A stretch of DNA of 59,749 bases from Candidatus Woesearchaeota archaeon (GTDB taxonomy: Archaea > Nanobdellota > Nanobdellia > SCGC-AAA011-G17 > VGLX01), in the NCBI GenBank assembly GCA_964428965.1, contig CAYSAF010000004.1, forward strand, positions 1-59,749. The letters are read 5' to 3'. Position 1 is the first letter of the stretch, and each line of letters opens with the position of its first letter. Made by a program: the position numbers and the translations under genes. Shown here piece after piece: positions 1-9,173 of the stretch. The notes under the pieces were generated by a model. It saw nothing but the letters and a program-made list of their open reading frames with translations, was not told the DNA's origin and searched no databases.

Positions 1-58
1 GTTTTGCAGCCTAGGCCTTAATGCCACCGTTCTATGAACGGTGGTTCTTTACAAATTT

Positions 59-2255
59 TTATTCGTTCTCGCCGAGTCCTTTTCTGTTCCTTATCTGTTT
101 TATTATCTTTTCTTGCAGCGTTTCCGGCAGCTTCTCGAAAACCTGGTCTACAACAAAGTAATTGCCCCTGCCGCCTGTTGTCGACCTTAAGTCAGAAGCC
201 AACCCAAACATCTCTGCTACCGGGAGTTTTGCCTTTACGGTTAGCCTTGATCCCTCCTGGTCCATGCTTAGTGGCTGTCCCCTCTTGTTCTGTACGAGTT
301 TAGAAATATCTCCTAAGTATTCTGTTGGCGCTTCTATCTGCAATACCTGTAGCGGTTCCATTATTACTGCCCCTACTGTTTGCATCGCTCCCCTTATGGC
401 CTCTCTCACTGCCGGGTACACCTGTGCTGGTCCCCTGTGGATTGCGTCTTCGTGCAACTTTATGTCTGTTAAAGTGACTCTTAGTTTCATGCACGGCTCT
501 CTTGCTAGTGATCCTCCGTCCATTACCTGTTCGAATCCGTCCATGACTAGTTCTATGACCTCTCCTATGTGCACCTCTCCCTTGACACCGTTTACGAGTA
601 TGTTTCCCCTGTACACCTCTATGAGTTTTTTTGCTTCCTTCATGGGTATGCCCATCTCAACCAGCTTGTCATATACGCTTGTGTCTTTTTTCTTCATCCT
701 TCCTTCTGGTATCTCCCCTGCTTTTATCGCCTGGTATATCTGATCTTCAAGCGGCTCTACGGTGATGTAGAATTTGTTGTGTTTGTTTGGGCTTTTTCCC
801 TCCACTTCAGGAGATTTTTTCATTACTGTTTCCCTGTACACCACTATCGGCTTGCTCGTTATAACATCAAATTTCTTTTCTGATTTTATTCTGTTTTCTA
901 TGATTTCCAGGTGAAGTTCTCCCATTCCTGACATCAGGTTTTCTCCTGTTTCTTCGTTGATTGTTATGAATATGCTAGGGTCTTCCTTGTTTACCTGTTT
1001 TAGTACCTCTACCAGTTTTGGTAGTTCTGCTGGTGATTTTGGTTCTATCGATTTTGTTACAACAGGTTCGAATATGTGTTTTATCGCTTCGAACGGTTCC
1101 ATAGGATTTGTAGAAACAGTTTCTCCAGCAAAGGCATCCTTCAACCCAACAATTCCGCAGATGTTTCCCGCTGGTATCTCGTCAACCGCTACTCTGGACG
1201 CTCCCTTGTATACCGACACTTGTTGCAGCCTTATCTGCCTCTTTGCTCCGTTCATCCATACCTCTTCTCCCTGTCTTACCGTTCCCGAGAAAAGTCTTCC
1301 TGCTGATACCTCCCCCGCATGTTTGTCTACCACTATTTTTGTTACCACGAATGCTATTGGCCCTTTCGGGTCGCAGTTTATGAGCGATTTTCCTTCCTCG
1401 CTTTCTTGGTCGCCGTGCCATATTTTGGGCACCCTGTATTTTTGTGCTTGTAAAGGATTGGGATGGTGATGTGTTATCATGTCAAGAATTACTTTGTGCA
1501 GCGGAGCTTTTTTTGCGAGCTCTTTGTAATTATCGTTGTTGTATGCTTCTATTATCTCCTTGAATGATATCTTGTGTTTCTGCATGTATGGGAAGCTTAC
1601 CCCCCACTTGTGGAATGCGCTTCCGAAACCAACGCTTCCGTCTTGGATGCTTACCTGCCATTTTGTTTTGAATTCTTCTGGTGCTATGTCTCTTATGAAG
1701 TTATTTACCGCGTTGATTATTTTGACGAATCTTTCTTGCATCTGTTCTGGAGTTAATTTAACCTCTTTGATTAGCCTGTCAACCTTGTTTATGAATAGGA
1801 TTGGTTTTACCCTTTCTCTTAGTGCCTGTCTCAGAACTGTTTCTGTTTGCGGCATTATTCCCTCGACAGCGCAGCATAGTACTATTGCTCCGTCTACCGC
1901 TCTCATGGCTCTTGTTACATCGCCGCCAAAGTCTACGTGTCCCGGGGTATCGATTAGGTTTACCAGGTATTCTTCTCCTTCAACTTCGTGCACCATCGAT
2001 ACGTTTGCAGCGTCAATTGTTATCCCCCTTGTTTGTTCGTCTTCGTGGAAGTCCAGTGCCAGCTGTTTTCCTGCCAGCTCTTCAGACATCATTCCTGCGC
2101 CTGCTAGTAAATTATCGCTGAACGTCGTCTTTCCATGTAATCGGAATGTAAGTTAAAACTTAGATTCTATCGATATGGGCACATACTCCGACGTTTCTGA
2201 TTTTCTGCGGCTCTTTCATCAGCCTTACCACTTTGTCAATCATTTTGTCTGCCAT
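59..2255 (-). CDS. fusA: Elongation factor EF-2, spliced: join(complement 2169..2255, complement 59..2137), 721 aa
   Basis: The ORF track (59..2092) lacks the N-terminus. ATG at 2253-2255 reads MADKMIDKVVRLMKEPQKIRNVGVCAHID. After removing 31 nt it continues HGKTTFSDNLLAGAG into MMSEELAGKQ. Motifs RGITI, DTPGHVDF, NKVD and the diphthamide loop LHEDAIHRGPAQ are present. Confidence 0.96.
2138..2168 (-). other. 31-nt BHB intron in the EF-2 mRNA
   Basis: Pre-mRNA CCAU-AUCG-AU|A-GAAU-C-UAAGU-UUUA-ACUUA-C-AUUC-CGAU-UA|C-AUGG: 4-bp exon stem, perfect 4-bp central helix, two 3-nt bulges and an intron hairpin. Canonical cleavage restores GAU-CAU (D-H). Confidence 0.93.
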
Positions 2256-2346
2256 GTTTAGAATTACCTTTCACATGGTTTTTAAATTTTTTGCTTTGTT
2301 TTTTAATTACAAAAAGTTTATATACTATAATACTCTATAGCGCACT

Positions 2347-2565
2347 ATGGCAACTACAATCCAGATTAGTGAAAGTTTGAAGAAGGAGCTTACTAAAAGG
2401 AAAATGTACAAGAGGGAAACCTATGAGGATGTTATATGGGGTATAATTGAGAGTACGATGGAGTTGAGCGAAGAGACTAAGAAGGCCATAAAGCAATCAC
2501 TTAAAGAGATTAAGCAAGGTAAAACTTATACTCTTGAAGAGGTAAAAAGACAAGCAGGTTTGTAA
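2347..2565 (+). CDS. Putative antitoxin (RHH-like N-terminus, RelB-type C-terminus)
   Basis: 72 aa, MATTIQISESLKKEL...IKQGKTYTLEEVK; abuts a RelE-like gene. Confidence 0.75.
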   Translation: MATTIQISESLKKELTKRKMYKRETYEDVIWGIIESTMELSEETKKAIKQSLKEIKQGKTYTLEEVKRQAGL

Positions 2566-2820
2566 ATGTATTCTATTGAATTTTCTGAACTTGCTTTGAA
2601 GCAGTTTAACAAACTGGAGAAAGTTGTTCAAGATAGGATATCATCTTCTTTGGAAAGGATAAGGATTAAGCCTGAGGCCCATGTTAAGAGTGTTGTAGGT
2701 ACACCTTTTTTTAGTTTCAGGGTTGGTGATTATAGGCTTGTAATAAAGATAGATAAAGGTAAGTTGTTAATTTTAATTATTAGCGTAGGTCACCGTTCAC
2801 ATATTTATTCTAAATTTTGA
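2566..2820 (+). CDS. relE: RelE/ParE-family toxin
   Basis: MYSIEFSELALKQFNKL...FRVGDYRLV...VGHRSHIY pattern. Confidence 0.85.
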   Translation: MYSIEFSELALKQFNKLEKVVQDRISSSLERIRIKPEAHVKSVVGTPFFSFRVGDYRLVIKIDKGKLLILIISVGHRSHIYSKF

Positions 2821-2846
2821 TTTATTTTAAGAACTTGATGAAGGTT

Positions 2847-3440
2847 TTACCCAAATATCACCATTCTCCTGTCCCTTTTTCCCTTTGTTGTTACTGTTTC
2901 CAGCGCTTCCCTCATGTCCTCTTCTCGTATTATCATCTTTCCATTCCTTGCGTCCATTATAAGGAATTTGTTGTTGCTGTAACCGTAAACGACTACGTAG
3001 TTGCACGTAACCTTCTTGTTTCTTAACTTGCCCACGTTTATCCTGAGCATCAGTATTTTGCCCTCTTTTATGTGTTGCTTTACCTCTTCAAGGTCAAAGT
3101 CCCTTGTTTTTATGGGTATTCTTTTCTCTTTTGCCTTTTTGAGGAATATGCTTGAGGTGAACCTTGCCTGCTCTATGTCCTTTAGCCTGTATCTCTTGAA
3201 CCTGTAGTTGGGGTACTCGAATTTTGTGTTTCCAACAACTATGCTTGTTTTTATGCCGAGGTTTTCTGCTATTACCGCAAGGGCAAATATCGATGACACC
3301 CTCGTTGGCAGCTGTGCAGAGTTCTGCCATATCTTGTACTCATTTTCTTTTGTCAGATCCAGCTTTCCGTAGTGGTTTAGTATCATTAGTAGGGAAGAAG
3401 CAGCGCTTGTGTATTTTGTGGTTTGTTTGTATGCCTCCAT
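2847..3440 (-). CDS. Peptidase C39-like protein (catalytic Cys apparently absent)
   Basis: YKQTTKYTSAASSLLMIL and YVVVYGY...LIMD resemble the C39 fold; S occupies the usual C position; start trimmed to MEAYKQ. Confidence 0.6.
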   Translation of the reverse strand: MEAYKQTTKYTSAASSLLMILNHYGKLDLTKENEYKIWQNSAQLPTRVSSIFALAVIAENLGIKTSIVVGNTKFEYPNYRFKRYRLKDIEQARFTSSIFLKKAKEKRIPIKTRDFDLEEVKQHIKEGKILMLRINVGKLRNKKVTCNYVVVYGYSNNKFLIMDARNGKMIIREEDMREALETVTTKGKRDRRMVIFG

Positions 3441-3479
3441 GCCTTTATTGGTAAAGTCCCTTGTTTTTAACTTTTTAGG

Positions 3480-3640
3480 TGGATAAGCTTTGCACATAAT
3501 TGGGTTTCTTAGTAGTGCATATTACAAATTTGCATTTTTTGGGAGTTATGTGCTTGTCCATTCATAATGATGGGCTTTTGGGCATAAGCTTGTGCCCCTG
3601 ATCTAAGCATGTAGCTTAGACCCCGTTTTGCTATGTTGAA
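3480..3640 (-). ncRNA. Candidate omega-RNA scaffold overlapping the tnpB 3' end (boundaries approximate)
   Basis: Hairpins TCTAAGC-TACAT-GCTTAGA and GGGCA...TGCCC in the last ~120 nt of tnpB, where omega-RNAs are normally encoded. Confidence 0.4.
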
Positions 3641-4573
3641 TGCTGCATTTCTGTCTGCATTATCTTTGTGTCCGCATTTACATGTGAACCAGTTTTTTGT
3701 TCTTTTTCCGGTGCTGCCACAGGCAGAGCATGTTTTTGAGGTGTTCCATTCAGATATTTTTATTAGTGGGACTCCTTTTTCTTTTGTTTTGTATTCTAAA
3801 AATTGGGTTAGTTTGTAATAAGAGAAATTTGAGAGTTTTCTATTGAGTAGTCTGCCTTTAGTTTTGTTGATACCTTTTAACCTGCCTATTACAATGGCTG
3901 CTTTCTTTTTGTTTGCTTCGGTAATTATGTCTTTGGATATCTTATGTAGTAGTGTGTTTATTTTCCTTTTTTCTTTGTTTTTCATCTTTTGTATTTGTTT
4001 TAGTTTTTTATTTTTTCCGAGTTTTTTCCTTAGGTAGTAGTATTTTCCTCTTATTTGATTTAGTTCTTTTCCTATGAATTTTGTTTTTCTTGTTGAGAGT
4101 TCTATTGATGTTATGGGGTTTTTTAGGCCTGTATCTATGCCTATGATTTCTTTTGGTTTGTAGGGTTTAGGTTCGGGTATTTCTATGCAGAGGTATAGGT
4201 AGTATTTTGAATTTTTTCTTAGTAGGTATGAGTCTTTTATTGTGAATTTTTCTGGTAGGGGCTGATGGAATTTTAGTGGTAGCCACATTCCTCTTCCTTT
4301 TCTTTGGCTGTTTGGTATTTTGAGCCAGTGTTTTGTTATTTTTGTTTCTCTTTCCCTGAACCAGTCTTTTATTAGAACAGCCCAAAGTGGTAGGGAATAT
4401 TCCTTATATTTTATCTTCTTTTGTTTGAACTTCTTACTAGCTTTAAAACAGCTTAACAAGCCATGATCTATGCCAAAAATCATCCACCATTGATAATTAT
4501 TGTAGTCTGTATCAATCAGTCTCTTTTTAGATTTTGTCAGATTAATGATTGAAACTTTTACAGTCTTAATCAT
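3509..4573 (-). CDS. tnpB: TnpB RNA-guided endonuclease (IS200/IS605 family), no tnpA nearby
   Basis: RuvC-I GIDTG, IVIGRL region, ISEWNTSKTCSACG...CKCG zinc finger, NADRNAAFNI RuvC-III. Confidence 0.88.
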   Translation of the reverse strand: MIKTVKVSIINLTKSKKRLIDTDYNNYQWWMIFGIDHGLLSCFKASKKFKQKKIKYKEYSLPLWAVLIKDWFRERETKITKHWLKIPNSQRKGRGMWLPLKFHQPLPEKFTIKDSYLLRKNSKYYLYLCIEIPEPKPYKPKEIIGIDTGLKNPITSIELSTRKTKFIGKELNQIRGKYYYLRKKLGKNKKLKQIQKMKNKEKRKINTLLHKISKDIITEANKKKAAIVIGRLKGINKTKGRLLNRKLSNFSYYKLTQFLEYKTKEKGVPLIKISEWNTSKTCSACGSTGKRTKNWFTCKCGHKDNADRNAAFNIAKRGLSYMLRSGAQAYAQKPIIMNGQAHNSQKMQICNMHY

Positions 4574-4748
4574 AAGTTCTTTATGTTTTTATTATATTTA
4601 ATACTTCGTCGTTCATACGGAAATATTACAGATTTTCTGAAAAACTTTTGGTGATACTTGACTACAACTTGATTTATATGCAAAGCCAGGTGGATAGAAA
4701 CCTTTATAAATAAATGAACTACTGACAAGTGGTAATATTGGGGGGTTC

Positions 4749-5240
4749 ATGAGGTTTAAGCTTTTGTTTTTAGCATTGGTTTTGACCTTTGTTTTGGGTT
4801 GGTTTTCTAGTTACGTTTATAGCAACATCAACTTTTCTTCTGGTGATGAGCTTCCCTCTTTTGGTACCAAGCCTAGGCCCTCGCCGTATGACCGTGTTAA
4901 GGAGTCCCAGATAGATATTTTGGATGATAAGGTGATAATCAACGTTCCAAACGTTCAGTGGTCTTCTTATGCTGACACCCATTCTATGGAACCTGTTCTC
5001 AGGGCCGGTGCCAACGGTTTGGAATTGATTCCCAGGTCTGAATATGATATTCATGTTGGTGACATAGTCGCTTACGAATCGAATTTGTCTGATGGTTTGA
5101 TTGTCCATAGAATAATTGAATCTGGCAGGGATGAGCAAGGCATTTATTACCTGCTTAAGGGCGATAATAACAGCTCTGTTGATCCAGGCCGTGTTAGGTT
5201 TTTTGATATTAAGTATGTTTTAATAGGAGTGATTTATTGA
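4749..5240 (+). CDS. Signal peptidase I-like (S26/SEC11) protein
   Basis: N-terminal TM helix, THSMEP catalytic Ser, GDIV, VHRII, KGDNN motifs. Confidence 0.8.
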   Translation: MRFKLLFLALVLTFVLGWFSSYVYSNINFSSGDELPSFGTKPRPSPYDRVKESQIDILDDKVIINVPNVQWSSYADTHSMEPVLRAGANGLELIPRSEYDIHVGDIVAYESNLSDGLIVHRIIESGRDEQGIYYLLKGDNNSSVDPGRVRFFDIKYVLIGVIY

Positions 5241-5251
5241 GGAGGTTAAAA

Positions 5252-5371
5252 ATGATGGCTGTATGTGAGGATTGTGATGCATTCTATGAGTTTGAGGGCA
5301 GTCTTCCTTCTAATCTTGAATGCGTCTGTGAATGTAAGAAGTTCAAGGTGGTAGACGACTCAAATTGCTAA
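5252..5371 (+). CDS. Small Cys-rich (zinc-ribbon-like) protein, 39 aa, not in the ORF track
   Basis: MMAVCEDCDAFYEFEGSLPSNLECVCECKKFKVVDDSNC*, preceded by a strong RBS GAGGAGGT. Confidence 0.6.
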   Translation: MMAVCEDCDAFYEFEGSLPSNLECVCECKKFKVVDDSNC

Positions 5372-6157
5372 ACTAAGGTAAGCTATCAAATATCCTATGA
5401 AGCATCCTGCTGTCAGCACGGGCATGGCAGGGTAGAACTTCTTTTTTTCTGAGTTTAGGAATAGTATTGTCAGCGCTGCTGCTGCAAAGAACGGTATTAT
5501 GATCGCTTTCATCCCTAGCGTATTCATTGCTACCCCTGTAAATATTAGGGGGAATCCTATATCACCGCCACCGAGTATTGCTTCTTTGTTCTTCCCGTAA
5601 GGTATGACCAATCCGGCAAATATCTTTATTTTTGTCTGGAATTTTGCCAGGGTTATCATGTGTTTTGTTTTCCTCACAGCTATGTAGTCATATACCGATA
5701 TTATTATCAGGAGTATGGATATTGAGGATATGCTTAGTATTGGTACGAATATGGCTGCTAGCCCCCCATAGATGAATAGCTCTGTTATGTTGTGCACTAT
5801 CACGTTTCTAAAGTACACCTTGAATACGGCTAGCACTACTGCTATTACAAGTGCTATTATTTGGTGTATGAATGAGCTTAATGCTATCGATAGCGTGAAT
5901 ATCACGCTTAGGAAGAACCATGTCTTCCAGAGGGTTGTTGCTTCGAGCTTTGCTAGGAACAGTCCTAGTACTGTTGCGAGTATTATTATCAGGAATATCC
6001 ACATGAATGATGTTTTTTCTTCAAACTGCGGTCTTTCTATGTTGTATGGAAGAGGTTTTTCCTCAACCATGTAAGGCTTTAGTATCAGCAGGCCGAGAAA
6101 TTGTGCGGCTAAGAACAGTGCTATTAGGAGTACTGTCACCTTTGCTGTGTGTTTCAT
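5360..6157 (-). CDS. Presenilin/SPP-family intramembrane aspartyl protease
   Basis: YD motif (SVYDY), GxGD motif (LGGGDI), PAL-like YPAMP, multiple TM helices. Confidence 0.88.
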   Translation of the reverse strand: MKHTAKVTVLLIALFLAAQFLGLLILKPYMVEEKPLPYNIERPQFEEKTSFMWIFLIIILATVLGLFLAKLEATTLWKTWFFLSVIFTLSIALSSFIHQIIALVIAVVLAVFKVYFRNVIVHNITELFIYGGLAAIFVPILSISSISILLIIISVYDYIAVRKTKHMITLAKFQTKIKIFAGLVIPYGKNKEAILGGGDIGFPLIFTGVAMNTLGMKAIIIPFFAAAALTILFLNSEKKKFYPAMPVLTAGCFIGYLIAYLSLAI

Positions 6158-6269
6158 CTCTTGTGAAAAATCACTTTTGTTTATTAATTCTTTGTATTTA
6201 CTGCAGTATAAAAATGATTATATACTACGCCTCTATAACAGCTTCTTATTACATAAAAGGGGATACACT

Positions 6270-7208
6270 ATGAATGGGGGGGTTTTGGTTTATTTTCAGT
6301 CTTTCCTATCTGCTTTCCTATTTCTTTTGGCGTTGGTTGTCTGGCTTTTTGTAATGAAGAAGCCTTTTTATGAGGGCTTCAGGTCCAGGGCTTTGTTCGG
6401 CCTGGTTTTGTTTTTTGGCTTTACCTTTTTGATCCTGCCCTTTTCTTTTCTTCACACCCTTGTTGGTTTTGCCAGGTACGTGTTCCAGGTTTTGCTCCTG
6501 CTGGTGATAGTGATTGCTTGTTTCTTTTTTTATTCCAGGCTTAAGAAGTTAGAGACTCCTGTTGCTGAAATTGTTGAGGTTCCTGAGCAGGATGCTAGGC
6601 AGAAGCTTCTTGCTGTGAAGAGGGAGCTTGATTTGAGGGCGAGGGATTTGGAGAAGAGTAACAAGGGGTTGTTGAAGAAGGAATCTTCCCTTGTTAAGTG
6701 GGATTCTAAGTTGAAAGACAAGCAGTCCAAGCTTGATTCTCTTGAGAATGATATCGATGATGACATCAGGAAGATTAAGGGATTGAAGCGTGAGCTTGCT
6801 AGGAAGCAGGCCCTTCTTGAGGATGACATGTATAAGGTTGAGCGTGAGAAGGCTAAAGCTGTCAACGTTGACAAGATGCGCGAGGAGCTCGAGCGAGAGA
6901 TGAACTCTTTTGATGGTAGGGAGGCTGCTTTAGAGCAGGAGTTGGTTGCTTACAGGTCTAAGCTTCAGGATTTGGAGGAGGGCAGAGAAGACATGGCTGT
7001 TGAGCGTGAGAAGCTTGCTAAGCTTAAGGCTCAACTTGAGGAAGAGTCTGCCCTGCTTAGGGAGAAGAAGAAAAGGCTTCTTGATGCTTACGAGCAGCTT
7101 GATAAAGAAAAGGATGTTTTTGTCAGGGAGCAGAAGAGTTTTGAGAGGGTTAAGAATCTTGCAGTAAGCAATAAGGGTAAGAAGGATTTGAGGGGTGGTC
7201 GTAGATGA
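6270..7208 (+). CDS. Membrane protein with long C-terminal coiled coil
   Basis: Three hydrophobic segments followed by ~200 aa of E/K/L-rich heptads; start trimmed to MNGGVL. Confidence 0.7.
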   Translation: MNGGVLVYFQSFLSAFLFLLALVVWLFVMKKPFYEGFRSRALFGLVLFFGFTFLILPFSFLHTLVGFARYVFQVLLLLVIVIACFFFYSRLKKLETPVAEIVEVPEQDARQKLLAVKRELDLRARDLEKSNKGLLKKESSLVKWDSKLKDKQSKLDSLENDIDDDIRKIKGLKRELARKQALLEDDMYKVEREKAKAVNVDKMREELEREMNSFDGREAALEQELVAYRSKLQDLEEGREDMAVEREKLAKLKAQLEEESALLREKKKRLLDAYEQLDKEKDVFVREQKSFERVKNLAVSNKGKKDLRGGRR

Positions 7209-7492
7209 ACATTTTTTTCTGGGCTGATGTTTTAAGCTTGGTATTCCTCATGGTTGTCACAGTTTTCTTTGTTAGTTTCAAGAGTTTTGAGGAGAACAAG
7301 TTTCACCCGATAATCAATTCCTTGTTGTTCGGTTTGTTTTTCTTGATGGTCTACTTTCTTCTCGGTGTGGTTGCTTCTTTGATGTCTGCCTACGGTTTGG
7401 GTGTTTCTGCTGTTAATTATTCAGCTTACTTGGTTGTTTTGCCCCTTGCAGCGATATTCTTCCTAGTTTCTACCATCCTTCGTCCAGAGTGA
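7205..7492 (+). CDS. Small membrane protein
   Basis: 95 aa, 3 TM-like segments, start overlaps the upstream stop. Confidence 0.65.
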   Translation: MNIFFWADVLSLVFLMVVTVFFVSFKSFEENKFHPIINSLLFGLFFLMVYFLLGVVASLMSAYGLGVSAVNYSAYLVVLPLAAIFFLVSTILRPE

Positions 7493-7493
7493 G

Positions 7494-8027
7494 TTATATC
7501 TCTTTTTCGCAGAACTTGCAAACTAGTTTTCCTTCCACTTCCCTAAGAGGTTGCATGCAACCGCATATCTCGCATCTGCCTACCGTCCTTTTCTCGTCTT
7601 CCTCTGTTTCCTCGTTTATGTGTGCTTTTTCTATGAAGACGTCGAACAGCTGTGGCTGTACCGTTAGCACGTCTTTCCACGTTAGAATTCCTACCAGCTT
7701 TCCGTCTTCTGTTACAGGGAGCTGTTTTATTCCTTCGTCTGCCATCATCTTTATGACATCGTAAATGTCTTTGTCAGGTTCTATCGTTACCACTTTTTTT
7801 ATCATTACCTTTTCTACCGGTGTTTTTGGGTCTATGTTTCCGGCTACAACTTTTCTCACGAAGTCGTCTTCTGTTATTATGCCCACAACCATTTTTCCCT
7901 CTTTCACCAGAAGGCTTCCTATCTCGTGTTCCCTCATTTTTTTTGCGCATTCCAATATGCTTGTCTTTTGGTTTACAGTTACCGGTTTGCTTGTCATGAC
8001 CTCATAGACCTTTACGCCTGTTTTCAT
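7494..8027 (-). CDS. CBS-domain pair protein with C-terminal zinc ribbon
   Basis: Two CBS repeats (VGIITEDD, VGILTWKD) and CEICG...CKFC. Confidence 0.88.
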   Translation of the reverse strand: MKTGVKVYEVMTSKPVTVNQKTSILECAKKMREHEIGSLLVKEGKMVVGIITEDDFVRKVVAGNIDPKTPVEKVMIKKVVTIEPDKDIYDVIKMMADEGIKQLPVTEDGKLVGILTWKDVLTVQPQLFDVFIEKAHINEETEEDEKRTVGRCEICGCMQPLREVEGKLVCKFCEKEI

Positions 8028-8079
8028 GTACCCCCCACTCTTTTTAGGCTTCAAGAATTTAAATACTTTGTCTTTTATA

Positions 8080-8173
8080 GGGCTCTGTAGAAAGTCTTTT
8101 TGACCTCCTCGGGAGGTCTAATAGTTCGCATAACTCTTATCGTCGAACTACTTTGACATTTTCTACAGAGCCC
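8080..8173. mobile_element. 94-bp MITE-like element
   Basis: Perfect 14-bp terminal inverted repeat GGGCTCTGTAGAAA (8080-8093 / 8160-8173), flanked by the direct repeat TTTTATA (8073-8079, 8174-8180). Confidence 0.72.
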
Positions 8174-8209
8174 TTTTATAGTTCGCTGTCGTTGCTGGGC
8201 AGGGTTTTT

Positions 8210-9034
8210 TTAGCCTCTAGGCCGGTAGTAGAATTTTTCCAGGACATAAGGCAGTGCAAAGTTTGGTATGAAATGTGATGGTGGCACAGTCTTGCAGTTG
8301 TTTTCATACCTGCCTGAGAATATGTTTTGTTTTAATGAATTTATGATAGCTCTTCCTGATGTTAAGTTCACTTCTGATTTTATCCTTCCAGTCCCTATTG
8401 CTTTCAATGAGGTTGTATTCCTTGCATGTAAGTCTGTGTCTGTGACGACTGGAACGTTATGTCCTTCGCTCGCTAATTTTTTTGATAGGTTTATCGCATT
8501 CTCATTTACGTCTCTCCCGCATATTATTTTTCTCAGCCAGGGTATGCAGTAGCTGTTCCATTCCAATGCTATGCTTCCGCTGTATTCTTTGCATATTTTT
8601 CCGAGCTCTTTTTCTTGTTGTTCTGTGATTTCTTTGCCCACATAATTGATGTTAACAAAAGGGTGGTCGAGTATTACTAATGAGTCTTGTTTTAGGGCTG
8701 ATTCGATTATCTTCCTTGTTGATTGGGATTCTATGTTGTCGTAGCCGATTGTTAGCAGGTGGAAATTATCTTTGGTTGAGTGCTCTGCAGCCTTGAGTAA
8801 GTAGAATTCTTTGCCTTCTCTTTCTATTTTTACTGCTAGACTGTCTGCTCTGACATCATAACCATGTTTTGCAAGGTCAGCTGCGTTCCACTGTACATCA
8901 AGAAATGCCTGTTTATTGAGATATTCTAACCCGATTATGTTTATTTCATTCTTCCCCATTGCTTTGATTATCTCTTCTATGCCATAAGCATTGAAGTACG
9001 GGTGTGTGTGCAGTTCTATTTGTGATGTTTTCAT
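8210..9034 (-). CDS. PHP-like metal-dependent phosphoesterase
   Basis: IELHTHPY (HxH), ILDHPF and TDTDLH (DxH) motifs. Start trimmed because the longer ORF runs through tRNA-Pro. Confidence 0.65.
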   Translation of the reverse strand: MKTSQIELHTHPYFNAYGIEEIIKAMGKNEINIIGLEYLNKQAFLDVQWNAADLAKHGYDVRADSLAVKIEREGKEFYLLKAAEHSTKDNFHLLTIGYDNIESQSTRKIIESALKQDSLVILDHPFVNINYVGKEITEQQEKELGKICKEYSGSIALEWNSYCIPWLRKIICGRDVNENAINLSKKLASEGHNVPVVTDTDLHARNTTSLKAIGTGRIKSEVNLTSGRAIINSLKQNIFSGRYENNCKTVPPSHFIPNFALPYVLEKFYYRPRG

Positions 9035-9043
9035 TTTATTAGA

Positions 9044-9119
9044 TGGGGCTGGCAGGATTTGAACCTGCGACCACGTGCACCCCAAGCACGTATCATGTTC
9101 CAAGCTAGACTACAGCCCC
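9044..9119 (-). tRNA. tRNA-Pro(GGG), no intron, CCA not encoded
   Basis: GGGGCTG/CAGCCCC acceptor stem, CGTGC-TTGGGGT-GCACG anticodon arm, GCAGG-TTCAAAT-CCTGC T arm. Confidence 0.95.
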
Positions 9120-9173
9120 TTTGTTATTTTTGTTTAAGATAAACCTTTTATATTTTGCTATTAATTCATCATT

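Noticed and set aside
59-2092. ORF-track EF-2 starting at MMSEELAGKQ
   Set aside because: It lacks the G1 P-loop. The true start is at 2255, upstream of a BHB intron.
2138-2168. Interpreting the EF-2 interruption as a pseudogene or frameshift error
   Set aside because: The insert forms an exact BHB whose canonical cut sites restore the invariant motif, which is very unlikely for a random error. Read-level confirmation is still needed.
9035-9103. N-terminal extension MEHDTCLGCTWSQVQ of the PHP-like ORF
   Set aside because: It is the tRNA-Pro sequence read as protein.
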